Shown one piece after another: positions 28,283-37,658 of a stretch of DNA of 64,000 nucleotides. The translations under genes and the position numbers were made by a program. The notes under the pieces are model-generated. The model did no database searches, was not told where the DNA came from, and was given only the letters and a program-made list of their open reading frames with translations. This DNA comes from Ignavibacteriota bacterium. Its GTDB lineage: Bacteria; Bacteroidota; Ignavibacteria; Palsa-1295. Positions within the stretch are counted from its first letter, which is position 1; each line of letters begins with the position of its first letter. The stretch lies in the NCBI GenBank assembly GCA_963736195.1, contig CAVTNP010000001.1, forward strand, positions 690,133 to 754,132. Direction: 5' to 3'.

Positions 28283-28963
28283 TCAGCTTTGCAGAGCATT
28301 CAGGCGTTCTAACGCCAAAGCAAAGACTCGATCCACCTGACTCTCGATCGTCAGGGTGGTCGTATCGAGTTCAACAGCATCCGAAGCTTTGCGTAGCGGG
28401 GAAATTGTACGTTCTCGATCACGTTTATCGCGCTCATCAATTTGCTGACGCAATTCTTCGAGCGGGATATGCGTCCCCATTCGTTCAAATTCCTGATCGC
28501 GGCGTTCGGCTCTGACGGCTGCATCCGCGATCAAAAATATTTTCAATTCTGCGTCCGGAAAAACGACGGTTCCAATATCGCGGCCTTCGAGCACAACGCC
28601 GCCATCGGCGCCAAGCTCGCGCTGTTTCTCAACCATTTTCGAGCGCACGTCGGCAAGCGTGGAAAGCTCGCTGGCGAGCAGCGCAATATCCGGCTCAAGG
28701 ATCTCTCGGGAGACATCCGAGCCGTTCAACAGGATATTTCCAGTGCCATCGAACCCAATTTCTGCCTCGCCCAATAACTCGTGAACCCGCGCAGGATCAT
28801 GCCCGTGATGATCCCGCCGGCGGACGAGCAGCGCGAACGCTCGGTACATTGCGCCGGTATTGATATGAAGATAGCCCAGACGAGCCGCGACTTGCCTGGC
28901 TGTCGTGCTTTTGCCGGAGGCCGTCGGGCCATCGATCGCTATGATTATTCCTTTGGGGCGCAT
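28283..28963 (-). CDS. cmk: Cytidylate kinase
   Basis: P-loop IIAIDGPTASGKST, plus INTGAMYRA and later conserved blocks. Confidence 0.9.
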   Translation of the reverse strand: MRPKGIIIAIDGPTASGKSTTARQVAARLGYLHINTGAMYRAFALLVRRRDHHGHDPARVHELLGEAEIGFDGTGNILLNGSDVSREILEPDIALLASELSTLADVRSKMVEKQRELGADGGVVLEGRDIGTVVFPDAELKIFLIADAAVRAERRDQEFERMGTHIPLEELRQQIDERDKRDRERTISPLRKASDAVELDTTTLTIESQVDRVFALALERLNALQS

Positions 28964-29269
28964 TTATTTGCAATGGATTTGCTCAAAAGATGGAAAGCAG
29001 AGCGTTCGTTCCGAATTAACCAAACCATTCCATTTCAGAAAGCCCGCAATATTTTTTTTTGCATTAGGAATTCATAAACTGTAGAGTATTTGAGCCACTT
29101 CCCGCCGATCGTCAATGAATGCTGCCCCTTCCTCATTTCATCTCTCATATTTCATCTTTTCCCCAAACAGGTGCCTATCATCACACCACATAATATACGG
29201 CGGGAATTCCCGGAAGTCAAGCAATTCCTGAAAATAGAGGAAAAATTCTTTTCAGACACAATGCGTACC

Positions 29270-30292
29270 CTACCATTGGAAACCAAGCGTGGCTTCCAAT
29301 CCAATCGAACCTAAAGGTGATGTGGCCGGTGAAAATAGCTGTTCCGCGCGAGCAGACATATCGAGCGTAAGTCCATTCGCAAATCGGTATTCAATACCGG
29401 CAGCTTCCGAGGAAAGGAATCCTACCGTGCTCGCACCTGCAACAATCTCCGCGCACGGAGATAACACATCATTCGGATTCAGGTCGAAGCGGTAGCCAAC
29501 ATCAAGCGAGTTTACTAATGATGTTGATGCCGACGCTGTTTGAGAAGGACTTCCAAGGGTAAGTTGTGTTGGCAATCCACCGACAGTAACCGTGGTATCG
29601 CGAGGCATGACAGATTGGGCGGCGTGATTCACGGTAAAAGAACTGCGCCGCAATTCCACAACGAACGAGGATGAGCCAAAAATGTGATACCGCACTCCCG
29701 CTGCGCCAAAGATAGAACTTGTGGAATAGCTATTGCCCGGGAGCAAAGCTCCACCAGCTACAAATGCACTCCAACGGTTAGCTGTCATCTCGTTCTGACC
29801 AGATACTTGGGTTAAAATTGTGGGATCAGAAGGAGCAGCAACGGGGGTCGCGATCGATTGTATATTCGATTGCGTCGAGGATTTTTTTCCCGATATATTC
29901 TGCGGAGCGGGAATCGTATTTTGTGTTTCACTAGAGTTATCTGTAACGCCAGTTTCTAAAGCTTCACCTTGCATTGCAGTGTTCTTTGCAGCGTTTGTTG
30001 CAACATTCACAGTTAAATGGGAAGGATCGGTCGCTTGGGATGCATCCGTCGCATACGACCCATGCAGGGCTTGCGTATTCGGCAACGATTCATTCACAAG
30101 GAAATGACTACCCATGAAAAGTCCAATACCTGCGAGCAATACCACACCGGCAGCATAATGAAAAAAGACTGCGAACGCCGATCTGCGGCGCGTATCGTGG
30201 TTCATCACAAGCGCGCGCATCTCGCCGAACGGGTAATAGGATGGCGTAGCATTTAGCGATCGGATGTAGGTTTGGTATGAGTCAGAGCGCAT
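29270..30292 (-). CDS. Anti-sigma-like single-pass membrane protein with S/T/Q-rich periplasmic linker and C-terminal outer-membrane beta-barrel domain
   Basis: It lies immediately downstream of the ECF sigma gene and overlaps it. The order is a short cytoplasmic N-terminus, a TM helix AFAVFFHYAAGVVLLAGIGLFMG, about 120 low-complexity residues, then about 175 aa of alternating amphipathic strands ending ...LGFQW. The track ORF start at 30394 overlaps the sigma gene by 112 nt, so 30292 (MRSDSYQ...) was chosen instead. Confidence 0.55.
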   Translation of the reverse strand: MRSDSYQTYIRSLNATPSYYPFGEMRALVMNHDTRRRSAFAVFFHYAAGVVLLAGIGLFMGSHFLVNESLPNTQALHGSYATDASQATDPSHLTVNVATNAAKNTAMQGEALETGVTDNSSETQNTIPAPQNISGKKSSTQSNIQSIATPVAAPSDPTILTQVSGQNEMTANRWSAFVAGGALLPGNSYSTSSIFGAAGVRYHIFGSSSFVVELRRSSFTVNHAAQSVMPRDTTVTVGGLPTQLTLGSPSQTASASTSLVNSLDVGYRFDLNPNDVLSPCAEIVAGASTVGFLSSEAAGIEYRFANGLTLDMSARAEQLFSPATSPLGSIGLEATLGFQW

Positions 30293-30875
30293 AATTTTCG
30301 ATTGCCTCCATGAGAATAACATTCTTCTCAGCATGTTGCCCGAGTTGATCTGAGTTCTTTTCTTTGTTACTAATTTCTTCGGGTTCGATCCCAAGCATTT
30401 TTTTCAGCATTTCGCGGCCGCGTCGTAATCTGCTTTTCACGCCGCTCAGTGTGCCACCTTGAATTGCACGAATTTCTTCGAGCGAAAGATCTGCAATATC
30501 GAATAGTAAAATGGTTTCCTTCATCTTTGCCGGCAGTCGGTCGACCACAGTCATTACTATTGCAATTTCCGCTGCGACATCCGGCATTGCGTTTAGATCG
30601 AGGATCGATTCCAGCGTGCTTGATTCAACAATCGTAAATCGTTGATCGCGGCGATGCCAGCGTTTGTACGTTCTTGCTACGATACGATAGAGAAATCCAG
30701 GGAACCCAGATTCATCGCGGTTAAAATCGAACCGTTCGAGCGCAACAAGAACTGCCTCGCTGACGAGATCTCTTGCCTGCTCCAGGTCGTGCGTCATGGC
30801 AAGCGCATATCGCAAAAGCCGAGGATAGACCGGCTCCAGCAGTGCAAGAAATCGTTCTTTGTGCGCGTTTTCCAT
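30282..30875 (-). CDS. ECF-subfamily RNA polymerase sigma-70 factor
   Basis: Sigma-70 region 2 (LVSEAVLVALERF...FLYRIVARTYKRWHRR) and region 4 (LSLEEIRAIQGGTLSGVKSRLRRGREMLKKML). It is a paralog of 44995-45633. Confidence 0.85.
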   Translation of the reverse strand: MENAHKERFLALLEPVYPRLLRYALAMTHDLEQARDLVSEAVLVALERFDFNRDESGFPGFLYRIVARTYKRWHRRDQRFTIVESSTLESILDLNAMPDVAAEIAIVMTVVDRLPAKMKETILLFDIADLSLEEIRAIQGGTLSGVKSRLRRGREMLKKMLGIEPEEISNKEKNSDQLGQHAEKNVILMEAIENYAL

Positions 30876-30882
30876 GAGTATT

Positions 30883-30912
30883 CCCCCTCCTAAAGAAGGA
30901 GGGGGCTTTTTT
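30883..30912. promoter_or_regulatory. GC hairpin CCCCCTCC-TAAAGAA-GGAGGGGG in the 35-nt gap between the upstream lipoprotein gene and the ECF sigma gene; on the mRNA strand it sequesters the Shine-Dalgarno GGAGG of the sigma gene
   Basis: Read on the minus strand: UAA-AAAAGCCCCCUCCUUCUUUAGGAGGGGGAAUACUC-AUG. The 3' stem half contains GGAGG, 7 nt before the ATG. A near-identical hairpin occurs at 33489-33516. Confidence 0.45.
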
Positions 30913-31891
30913 ATGGTACTACATATTTGATCCTCACAGCATTTGGCCCGAAGGGCGTGGTCAGGAAATGCTGATATTGCCCGCCGATCACCGGAAGCCC
31001 AGTCATATTCGAATGTCCGACGGCATAGACGTACACCGCCTGTCCCGCCGGCAGCGAATAGGGCATGAGCGTGGCAACGTCCATCGTGAGCGTATCCTTA
31101 AAATTCCCGCCGATCATTTTCGGCGATTGAAAGCCGGAATGATATGCGTCATTGGTTAACTCCGTTGCAAGCCATGCATCCTCCGTGCTATCTGGGGATT
31201 GCGCGCTTGGAGACGCGGGAAACAGCCCGCTATCGAGCGAAGTATAAACATAGATATTACCCGGCGCGAGCGTGCCCGTAACTTTCCCGCTCAGGATCAT
31301 TCCGTTGGAACTTCCAGCCGTATCGTAAATGACCACTTCAGAATCATGCGTGGTGACGGTCGTATCGAGTTTGCCGAGGCTATCTTTGATCGTACTGTCG
31401 ATGACAGTTATGATCTTCGTCTGGCTGACATTGAACACGTAGGATACGCCCGTCATGGTGATGGTATCGGTCGATTCCTGGACAAGGTAGGCATCATTGA
31501 TAATATCAGTTCCCACTCCAATGATATGATGCACCGGATAGATCATGGAATCGAATCCCGGCTTCCAGAAAATGATATTATACACTCCGGCGGGAATGTT
31601 ATCGATCTCGAAATGGCCGCCGGTATCTGCAGTTGCCTGATACGGCGTTCCCTGAATCGAGATTTGAATACCCGTTGGCGAAAGCCCCGTTGGCGCACCG
31701 GACGCATACGCCGCAACCGTTCCCTCCAGCTTTTCGCCGTTGCTGGTCGCCGCCGGAGGGTCAGAAGGGCTGGAGCAGCTTGAAAAAACCATTGCAAAAA
31801 TGGCGAAAAGGAGTCCGTATAGGCGGACTCCTTTATCGCTGTAGCGGCGCGGTTCCCGCGCCAGCCCCATGTTGCAAATTCCTGAGATCAT
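30911..31891 (-). CDS. Hypothetical lipoprotein with carboxypeptidase-regulatory-like (CarbopepD_reg) beta-sandwich domain
   Basis: Lipobox ...FAMVFSSCSS. GGHFEIDNIPAGVYNIIFWKPGF is the classic CarbopepD_reg motif. Confidence 0.55.
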   Translation of the reverse strand: MISGICNMGLAREPRRYSDKGVRLYGLLFAIFAMVFSSCSSPSDPPAATSNGEKLEGTVAAYASGAPTGLSPTGIQISIQGTPYQATADTGGHFEIDNIPAGVYNIIFWKPGFDSMIYPVHHIIGVGTDIINDAYLVQESTDTITMTGVSYVFNVSQTKIITVIDSTIKDSLGKLDTTVTTHDSEVVIYDTAGSSNGMILSGKVTGTLAPGNIYVYTSLDSGLFPASPSAQSPDSTEDAWLATELTNDAYHSGFQSPKMIGGNFKDTLTMDVATLMPYSLPAGQAVYVYAVGHSNMTGLPVIGGQYQHFLTTPFGPNAVRIKYVVP

Positions 31892-31936
31892 TCGTCCGGC
31901 AGAGGGCGGGGGGACCCCGCCACTACAGTTAATATG

Positions 31937-33316
31937 TCATTCCTTCACGATCTTCTTCGTTGTTACACTATTGCCAGAAGCAATTCGGATATAATACGTT
32001 CCGGGCGTGACATTCGAGAGATCGAGCGTAAGGTTCGTATTGCCTCGCGAATTCTCGGTTTTCACCGATTCGCCGAGCACATTCATCACCATTACATTCG
32101 AGCCCATCGGAATGTTTTGCAGTGTGACGACGCCATTCGTTGGATTGGGCGATAGTTCGATCTGAGAGACCGGCTCCGTTGGTGCGACCGATTCATTATC
32201 GTTGATGTGCATGATGGAGTTCGGTGGGGCTTGAGAATAATCGAAGGTGAGTGAATCACATTCAAACTCATTCTGTATCTCGCTTGGCTGATTCGGCTTC
32301 GGAGGCACGCTTGCACCTGCTGCATAGATGATAACATTGCCCCCATCGTCATAACCTTCCCCAGGCACACACGCGGCACCCGGCTTCAAGTAAATCAAGT
32401 CGCCCTCGCTCGCCACGACAGTAGCACCGGCCTCGGCGAAGAAAGTGTCTCTCGACTCGGACCACGCTGTCACCGTGACGCCAGGATTGACCCAATAGGT
32501 GCCAGGACTGTAGATCCTTCCATTCGAATCGAGACTATATATCGTAACACTCGAATCGAGCACGACCGCAGAGCGAGGAACCACCGGAGGAGAGCAATCG
32601 AACACATAAATTGTGTCGTACGCCATTCTCATACAACCGGTGGCAGTGTTGACTTCTCGGACGCTCACATACTTATAGCCTCCCGTCGAGTACGAAATGG
32701 GTGGCACAATGGTGTCCTCGTAGATGGTCACCGCATAAGCTCCCATCGCGGTAGCAGGCGTAGCATCTGCGCCAAAATCGCAAAAGACGCTGTCTATGGT
32801 CGGTGGCGGCGAGGGCATAAAATATATCCCACCCGAGAGTGGGGCACCCAAGAACGGAACCCCAATAAATCCAATATTAGCACGACCAAAGTTAAGGCGA
32901 AATCCAAATTCTGGCGCATTCGGATAATAACCAACAACGATATTACTTCCATTATCAGCACTTGTAATGTAAGGATTTGCACCTATTACACGGATGCGGT
33001 AATGTGCGGACCCTAATGCTGTTTTTGGAATAGCTGTCACAAGCGTAAACGTGCCCGGCAGAGAATCAATGAATGAGCCGATATTGCTGAAATCATTATT
33101 ATTGAAGCTTCCAGAAGTATCCAATAGTTGCACTGTAAAGGCATTTGCATGACCCCACGTCCCCGTTGCGGTAAATGTAACAGAGAATGGATCACCCAAG
33201 CAAAATGTGGTTCCGGATATTGAGTCTAACGTTATCGTTTGAGCGCAGGGAGCTCTTGGCTCTGCAAGCAGCACAACCGCGCAAAAGACCGCAAGAAAAG
33301 TACTGATTTTTTTCAT
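31937..33316 (-). CDS. Secreted protein of unknown function with T9SS C-terminal sorting domain (paralog family member 3)
   Basis: Signal peptide MKKISTFLAVFCAVVLLA. It shares the N-terminal QTITLDSISGTTFCLGD and CDSLTFDYSQ blocks with 4979-6193 and 6248-7444. C-terminal sorting tail ...GTYYIRIASGNSVTTKKIVKE. The track ORF extends to 33388. Confidence 0.7.
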   Translation of the reverse strand: MKKISTFLAVFCAVVLLAEPRAPCAQTITLDSISGTTFCLGDPFSVTFTATGTWGHANAFTVQLLDTSGSFNNNDFSNIGSFIDSLPGTFTLVTAIPKTALGSAHYRIRVIGANPYITSADNGSNIVVGYYPNAPEFGFRLNFGRANIGFIGVPFLGAPLSGGIYFMPSPPPTIDSVFCDFGADATPATAMGAYAVTIYEDTIVPPISYSTGGYKYVSVREVNTATGCMRMAYDTIYVFDCSPPVVPRSAVVLDSSVTIYSLDSNGRIYSPGTYWVNPGVTVTAWSESRDTFFAEAGATVVASEGDLIYLKPGAACVPGEGYDDGGNVIIYAAGASVPPKPNQPSEIQNEFECDSLTFDYSQAPPNSIMHINDNESVAPTEPVSQIELSPNPTNGVVTLQNIPMGSNVMVMNVLGESVKTENSRGNTNLTLDLSNVTPGTYYIRIASGNSVTTKKIVKE

Positions 33317-33636
33317 AGCCGAATTTAAGTAAAAAAGTGAACAAAAATGGTTTGTTTCCAATGCCGCAGAGTTTCCGGAAATCCCCACACGTATAACTTG
33401 CCGGAAGCCGGGTAGAAAGTTTCTGGGAGGGGTAAAATTATTTGGGTGAAGAAGTAACGCAAGACAAAACAGAGTTCACTGAATTACACCCCCTCCTTCT
33501 TTAGGAGGGGCTTTTTCAGTGGACTCCATATAATTGACGCAACTTTCAGCATTCTAAAGTGTTCTTTAGATACGAGCTTTTCAGATTGACTCGTTTCGGG
33601 GCAGTTCATGAAAAGTCTGCTAAGGTCGATAATTAT

Positions 33637-33666
33637 TCATAATTATTTTTTGTAACCCGAGCGACC
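33637..33666 (+). promoter_or_regulatory. Second copy of the conserved 30-bp motif ATAATTATTTTTTGTAACCCGAGCGACC upstream of a T9SS cargo gene
   Basis: Near-identical to the reverse complement of 7499-7528. It lies 40-100 nt upstream of the Kelch-repeat gene. Confidence 0.3.
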
Positions 33667-33766
33667 CAGCGCGTTTTAAATAGTGTAGAGACTTCTGACT
33701 TGATAAATGGGGCAAGCGAATATGGGCGCTTACCGCGGTGTTCAATCTCCCATAATACTCAAAATC

Positions 33767-35245
33767 ATGAAAATTCGTATCGCCGTCATTAGCTTAATAA
33801 TGTGTCTCGGAGCGAACCTACGTGCCCAGACCTGGCAATTTACCGGATCCCTGAATACGGAGCGCCGGTTGGAAACCATTAACGTGCTCCAAAATGGGAA
33901 AGTCCTCGTTACCGGCGGGGATGATATGGAGGGGAATGCGCTCGCCTCCTGCGAGATCTACGATCCGGCAACCGCCTCATGGAGCTACGCTGCATCGATG
34001 CAATTTCCAAGAGAGCGGCATACCTCCAACGAACTTTCGGATGGCCGAATCGTGATCATCGGGGGAAATACCAACAATATCAACGAATGGATTGCGACGC
34101 CAAGCATCGAAATTTACGATCCATCGACGGATACCTGGACACCCGGCGGCTCGATGTATGTTCCGCGCGAAAATCACACTTCTACCCTTATCAATGACAG
34201 CATGATTTTGATCAGCGGGGGACTTACCGGCCAAGAAGGAAACTGGCAGGTTCTTACTGAGTGTGAGATCTATAATGTAAATTCACTTCAGTGCACCGTT
34301 ACGGGGTCAATGTCCCAACTTCGGCATGACCATGCCGCTGCTTTACTCTCCGATGGGACGGTTCTTGTTGCTGGTGGACGAACCGGCGGCGCTGGAAGCG
34401 ACTATTTGGCAGAGTGCGAGATCTTCAATCCGTCTTCAGGAACCTGGGCGATTGCTCCACCGATGCCAGAGGCTCGCATTGCGCCGATCACCGCTGTCTT
34501 TTCCGATAACTCCGTTCTGATCGCGGGTGGACGTAAAGACGATAACGATGCCGCCGAGGCAGCGGACGTTTACAGTCCCGGCGCTCCAGCCTGGACGGCA
34601 GTCCAGAATATTTTGGTGCCCTCGACGTGGCAGGGAGGTACGGTATTACCGGGTGACCGTCTGCTCATGACCGGAGGTATCATCGGTGGCGATTGGTCCG
34701 ATCCATCTGGTCAGAGCCCAGTCAATACTCCTACCTGCGAGTGGTACGATAAGCCGAACCAGCAATGGTACTATGCTCCGACGATGAATGAGCCACGCGC
34801 AGAGCATGGAGCAGTTACCTTTACTCAAACTGTCAATTCGGGCCTGCCGACGCAACTGGTACTCGTCGTTGGCGGGATCATCGGTGTTGCAACTGTAACC
34901 AATACATGCGAAGTGCTCGATGTTGGTTCAGGCGCGATCGCAAACTACATTGCACATCAGGAGAGCATCGAGTCAGCGGTCGCTCCAGCAAATGCTCCGG
35001 CAAATATGCTAACTATTAGCTACACGAACAATGGACCGGCGCTCGATCTCGTGCTTGCTGCCAGCGAAAATGTGACAACTGAGCTCGTTTCGATCGATGG
35101 CCGAGTGGTCTTCAACATGGATGAGCAGCTTGCCGGTGGCGAACATGTTCTCAATCTTCCTTCCAGTTTGGCCTCCGGGATGTACCTGGTTCGCGTGAAC
35201 GCGGGCGGGAACGTAATGACTTCGAAGATACAGATCACCCAGTGA
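33767..35245 (+). CDS. Kelch-repeat beta-propeller protein with T9SS C-terminal sorting domain
   Basis: Signal peptide MKIRIAVISLIMCLGANLRAQ. There are about 6 Kelch-like repeats (VLVTGG..., IVIIGGN..., ILISGG..., VLVAGGR..., VLIAGGR..., LLMTGG...). C-terminal sorting tail ...GMYLVRVNAGGNVMTSKIQITQ. Confidence 0.75.
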   Translation: MKIRIAVISLIMCLGANLRAQTWQFTGSLNTERRLETINVLQNGKVLVTGGDDMEGNALASCEIYDPATASWSYAASMQFPRERHTSNELSDGRIVIIGGNTNNINEWIATPSIEIYDPSTDTWTPGGSMYVPRENHTSTLINDSMILISGGLTGQEGNWQVLTECEIYNVNSLQCTVTGSMSQLRHDHAAALLSDGTVLVAGGRTGGAGSDYLAECEIFNPSSGTWAIAPPMPEARIAPITAVFSDNSVLIAGGRKDDNDAAEAADVYSPGAPAWTAVQNILVPSTWQGGTVLPGDRLLMTGGIIGGDWSDPSGQSPVNTPTCEWYDKPNQQWYYAPTMNEPRAEHGAVTFTQTVNSGLPTQLVLVVGGIIGVATVTNTCEVLDVGSGAIANYIAHQESIESAVAPANAPANMLTISYTNNGPALDLVLAASENVTTELVSIDGRVVFNMDEQLAGGEHVLNLPSSLASGMYLVRVNAGGNVMTSKIQITQ

Positions 35246-35277
35246 GTTTCTGTTGAAATAAATAAGAATTGGCCTTG

Positions 35278-35312
35278 AAAGGGGAGGACGTGTTCCTCCC
35301 CTTTCTGTTATT
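35278..35312 (+). terminator. Rho-independent terminator (GGGGAGGAcgtgtTCCTCCCC + TTTCTGTTATT)
   Basis: A GC hairpin followed by a T-rich tract directly after the Kelch gene stop. It marks the left edge of an AT-rich island. Confidence 0.65.
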
Positions 35313-35366
35313 ATGTATTTTGGCGATTATATACTTTGCTCAACCGACAGAAGGGGGTGTTGATAA

Positions 35367-35570
35367 TTGAGTATCACTGAGTGGCTTGGCTTCAGCTTCT
35401 TTCTGCTGTTCCTTTTTCTTCTCGTATGGCTTAATTTGGCTTTCCTCTACTGGGCTATTAAGGCGGTGTTTTACGGAGATTATGCTGAGGAATTTGCTGA
35501 ATCTCTCTCTGAGGTCATAATAACGGGACTTGAAGCGACCATACTTGGTAGTATAAGTGGGACGCAATAA
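35367..35570 (+). CDS. Possible small membrane protein (67 aa, TTG start)
   Basis: Strong SD AAGGGGG 9 nt upstream of TTG. It has a single hydrophobic helix and an acidic C-terminus. The overlapping minus-strand ORF 35340..35633 is an alternative, so coding status is uncertain. Confidence 0.3.
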   Translation: MSITEWLGFSFFLLFLFLLVWLNLAFLYWAIKAVFYGDYAEEFAESLSEVIITGLEATILGSISGTQ

Positions 35571-36000
35571 AATGGTATAATAATTTCGATCATACTGACG
35601 CTTTTCAGTATAGCGGTAATAATCCTTTGCCATGCCGTGATACTCAATATTTATCCAGCATTTAATTTACTGTTTTTCCTCATTATCCGTACTCTAAAAA
35701 TCACGAAGCACGTCATTGTTTTCCTTAGGAATTTCAAGTGGAACATCGGTTTTCATTTGAGGCGCAATCGTAATGGTTCCAAGGTTCCATTCGAAGAGGA
35801 CAAGGCTCAGTTTGAGCGTTTCGAATCGCTCCTCGAAAAATTCGTCTCCGCTCCCTCCGACAAGGTAAAGGGAATACTCAAAAAGGAGAAGAAGCTAAAA
35901 ACGCGCAAAATTCGCCCCAAATGAAGCTTTTTTAACGGCTCAAAAGATTGTGCAAAATTGTTTCGTATATTTGTAGCGTCATTTTGCTGGCGGCGACACT

Positions 36001-36699
36001 ATGGCAGACAATACTATCCGATTCAGACAAATCCCCGAAGACGCTCTTCGCGCTTTCGAGGATTTGTTTGTTATGGGGGAACCATTGTTTGAGCAACTTG
36101 ACGGTGCTATTGATGCGGCTCCGAAGAAAGTCAAAGCATCTGCCGTCGTAGCTTATCTTGCGAAGAAAGTTCAGATACCACTTGAATCGCTTTCGGCGTT
36201 AATTGGTTCCCTACAAGGACTTCTTGGCGCAATGGATTCTTACCATGTAACTGCCGCGCAAGCCAGCAAGGATGTTGTTGAAACCTCTCTTAAGCTATCA
36301 AAAACGGAGAAGCTGATAGCCTCTGATTCTCCCAAATACGAGCAAAGACTTCTTAGCCTCTTATCGAAACCTCAACTTGTTTTACCGTCAAAGGCGTTAA
36401 GTTTATTGAACGATCATGCACGAGTATTTGGCAATGTGCGAATAATATCTGATGTTAGACCCGTGTTTGGTGAAGACACAAGTGCCCCTCCCCATGCTTG
36501 GATGCTCTATCATACCTTACACTTTAGATGCAATCTTGGCAAAGAGGTAGAGGATGATATTTTTATTGCCCTTGATACCGCTGATCTTCGCGCCCTTGAA
36601 CATGCTGTTGCTCGCGCAACCAGTAAACAAAAAGTTTTGATCTCGCAATTTAAGCAGCTTAAATTGGATTACGTAACTCCTGACGAGGTGGAGGCTTAA
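36001..36699 (+). CDS. Hypothetical protein, first gene of a three-gene cassette in an AT-rich island
   Basis: 232-aa ORF with no recognizable motifs. Its stop (TAA) is 1 nt before the next ATG (TAAAATG). Confidence 0.5.
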   Translation: MADNTIRFRQIPEDALRAFEDLFVMGEPLFEQLDGAIDAAPKKVKASAVVAYLAKKVQIPLESLSALIGSLQGLLGAMDSYHVTAAQASKDVVETSLKLSKTEKLIASDSPKYEQRLLSLLSKPQLVLPSKALSLLNDHARVFGNVRIISDVRPVFGEDTSAPPHAWMLYHTLHFRCNLGKEVEDDIFIALDTADLRALEHAVARATSKQKVLISQFKQLKLDYVTPDEVEA

Positions 36700-36700
36700 A

Positions 36701-37201
36701 ATGTTAGAGCCAATCTTCATTCCAACACGGCATTTGAGAGGACGCTGGGAGGTCTCTCGTAATAACTTCGAAGTTGAGCCATTAAAGCGAGAGATTCCTT
36801 TCGATGGATTGCTTTGGGTCGCCTTTTCTAAATGTGAAATTGATTTAGAAGTTGAAAGTAAATTTAAAAGCTTACAGAGGAGTCTCTTAGATGAAACAGC
36901 GGGAACATCCCACTTTAGGGATATTCTTATGAGTCAGTATTACCGATGGATGATTCGCTTAAGCGAGCCGCTAATTCCTATCTTGCTCCGCGAAATTTTA
37001 CTTGACCCCTCTCCGATCTGGGTTTCTCTTTTGAGGGACGTAGCAGGACTTGACCCCGTTCCCTCTGAAGAGAGAAGCGATTACACGAAAGTGGTGTTGC
37101 GCTGGCGCGATTGGGGACTTATTGAAGGATATTTACGTGACGAACGAAACAGTCCCTCTTCGGCTGAAAGTTGGCTTGGGCCTCTTACATCCGTTAACTG
37201 A
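36701..37201 (+). CDS. Hypothetical protein, second gene of the cassette
   Basis: 166-aa ORF, translationally coupled to the upstream and downstream genes. No recognizable motifs. Confidence 0.5.
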   Translation: MLEPIFIPTRHLRGRWEVSRNNFEVEPLKREIPFDGLLWVAFSKCEIDLEVESKFKSLQRSLLDETAGTSHFRDILMSQYYRWMIRLSEPLIPILLREILLDPSPIWVSLLRDVAGLDPVPSEERSDYTKVVLRWRDWGLIEGYLRDERNSPSSAESWLGPLTSVN

Positions 37202-37658
37202 TGACAACCATTCTCCTTGTAGTCCCGCCGATGCTGCGTATAATTGCTTTGCTTGGGCAGCGGGAATCACCCATGTCAACTGGGGGCCATATCCTGATTA
37301 TGGCTTCACTTGGCCAGAAGACTTGCCGAGAGATGAAAAGGAATCAACCTATATCGCCCTTTTTGAAAAGGAGCGGTTTGTAGTTTGCGAAAACGGAGAA
37401 CCTGAGTCTGGTTATCAAAAAATAGCCCTTTTCGTAAAAGACGGATTTGTAGAACATGCGGCGAGGTTGCTCGAAAGCGGCGATTGGGCAAGTAAGCTTG
37501 GATTTGAGCATCTTGACATTATTCATACTTCTGTTGATGTCGTTGCAGGAAGTAGGTATGGCATTCCTAAGATTTATATGAAGCGCGAAAGAACAGAGTC
37601 CGACCCAGAGGCGCCCTCTATTGCCAAATTCCCGCCGAACCCACTTAGTAGCCGATAA
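37050..37658 (+). CDS. Hypothetical protein with a candidate Cys/His active-site pattern (AAYNCFAWAAG ... H), third gene of the cassette
   Basis: The ORF as listed in the track. The true start is probably an internal TTG/ATG around 37160-37200, overlapping the previous stop. The motif SPCSPADAAYNCFAWAAGITH loosely resembles papain-like/NlpC-P60-type cysteine hydrolases. This is inference only. Confidence 0.4.
   Translation: MTPFPLKREAITRKWCCAGAIGDLLKDIYVTNETVPLRLKVGLGLLHPLTDDNHSPCSPADAAYNCFAWAAGITHVNWGPYPDYGFTWPEDLPRDEKESTYIALFEKERFVVCENGEPESGYQKIALFVKDGFVEHAARLLESGDWASKLGFEHLDIIHTSVDVVAGSRYGIPKIYMKRERTESDPEAPSIAKFPPNPLSSR

Noticed and set aside
33489-33516. GC hairpin plus T-tract in the divergent promoter region, considered as a plus-strand terminator
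   Set aside because: There is no plus-strand gene upstream to terminate. Because it is near-identical to the 30883 hairpin, it is better explained as a copy of the hairpin repeat family. It is kept as a repeat or possible regulatory element, not a terminator.
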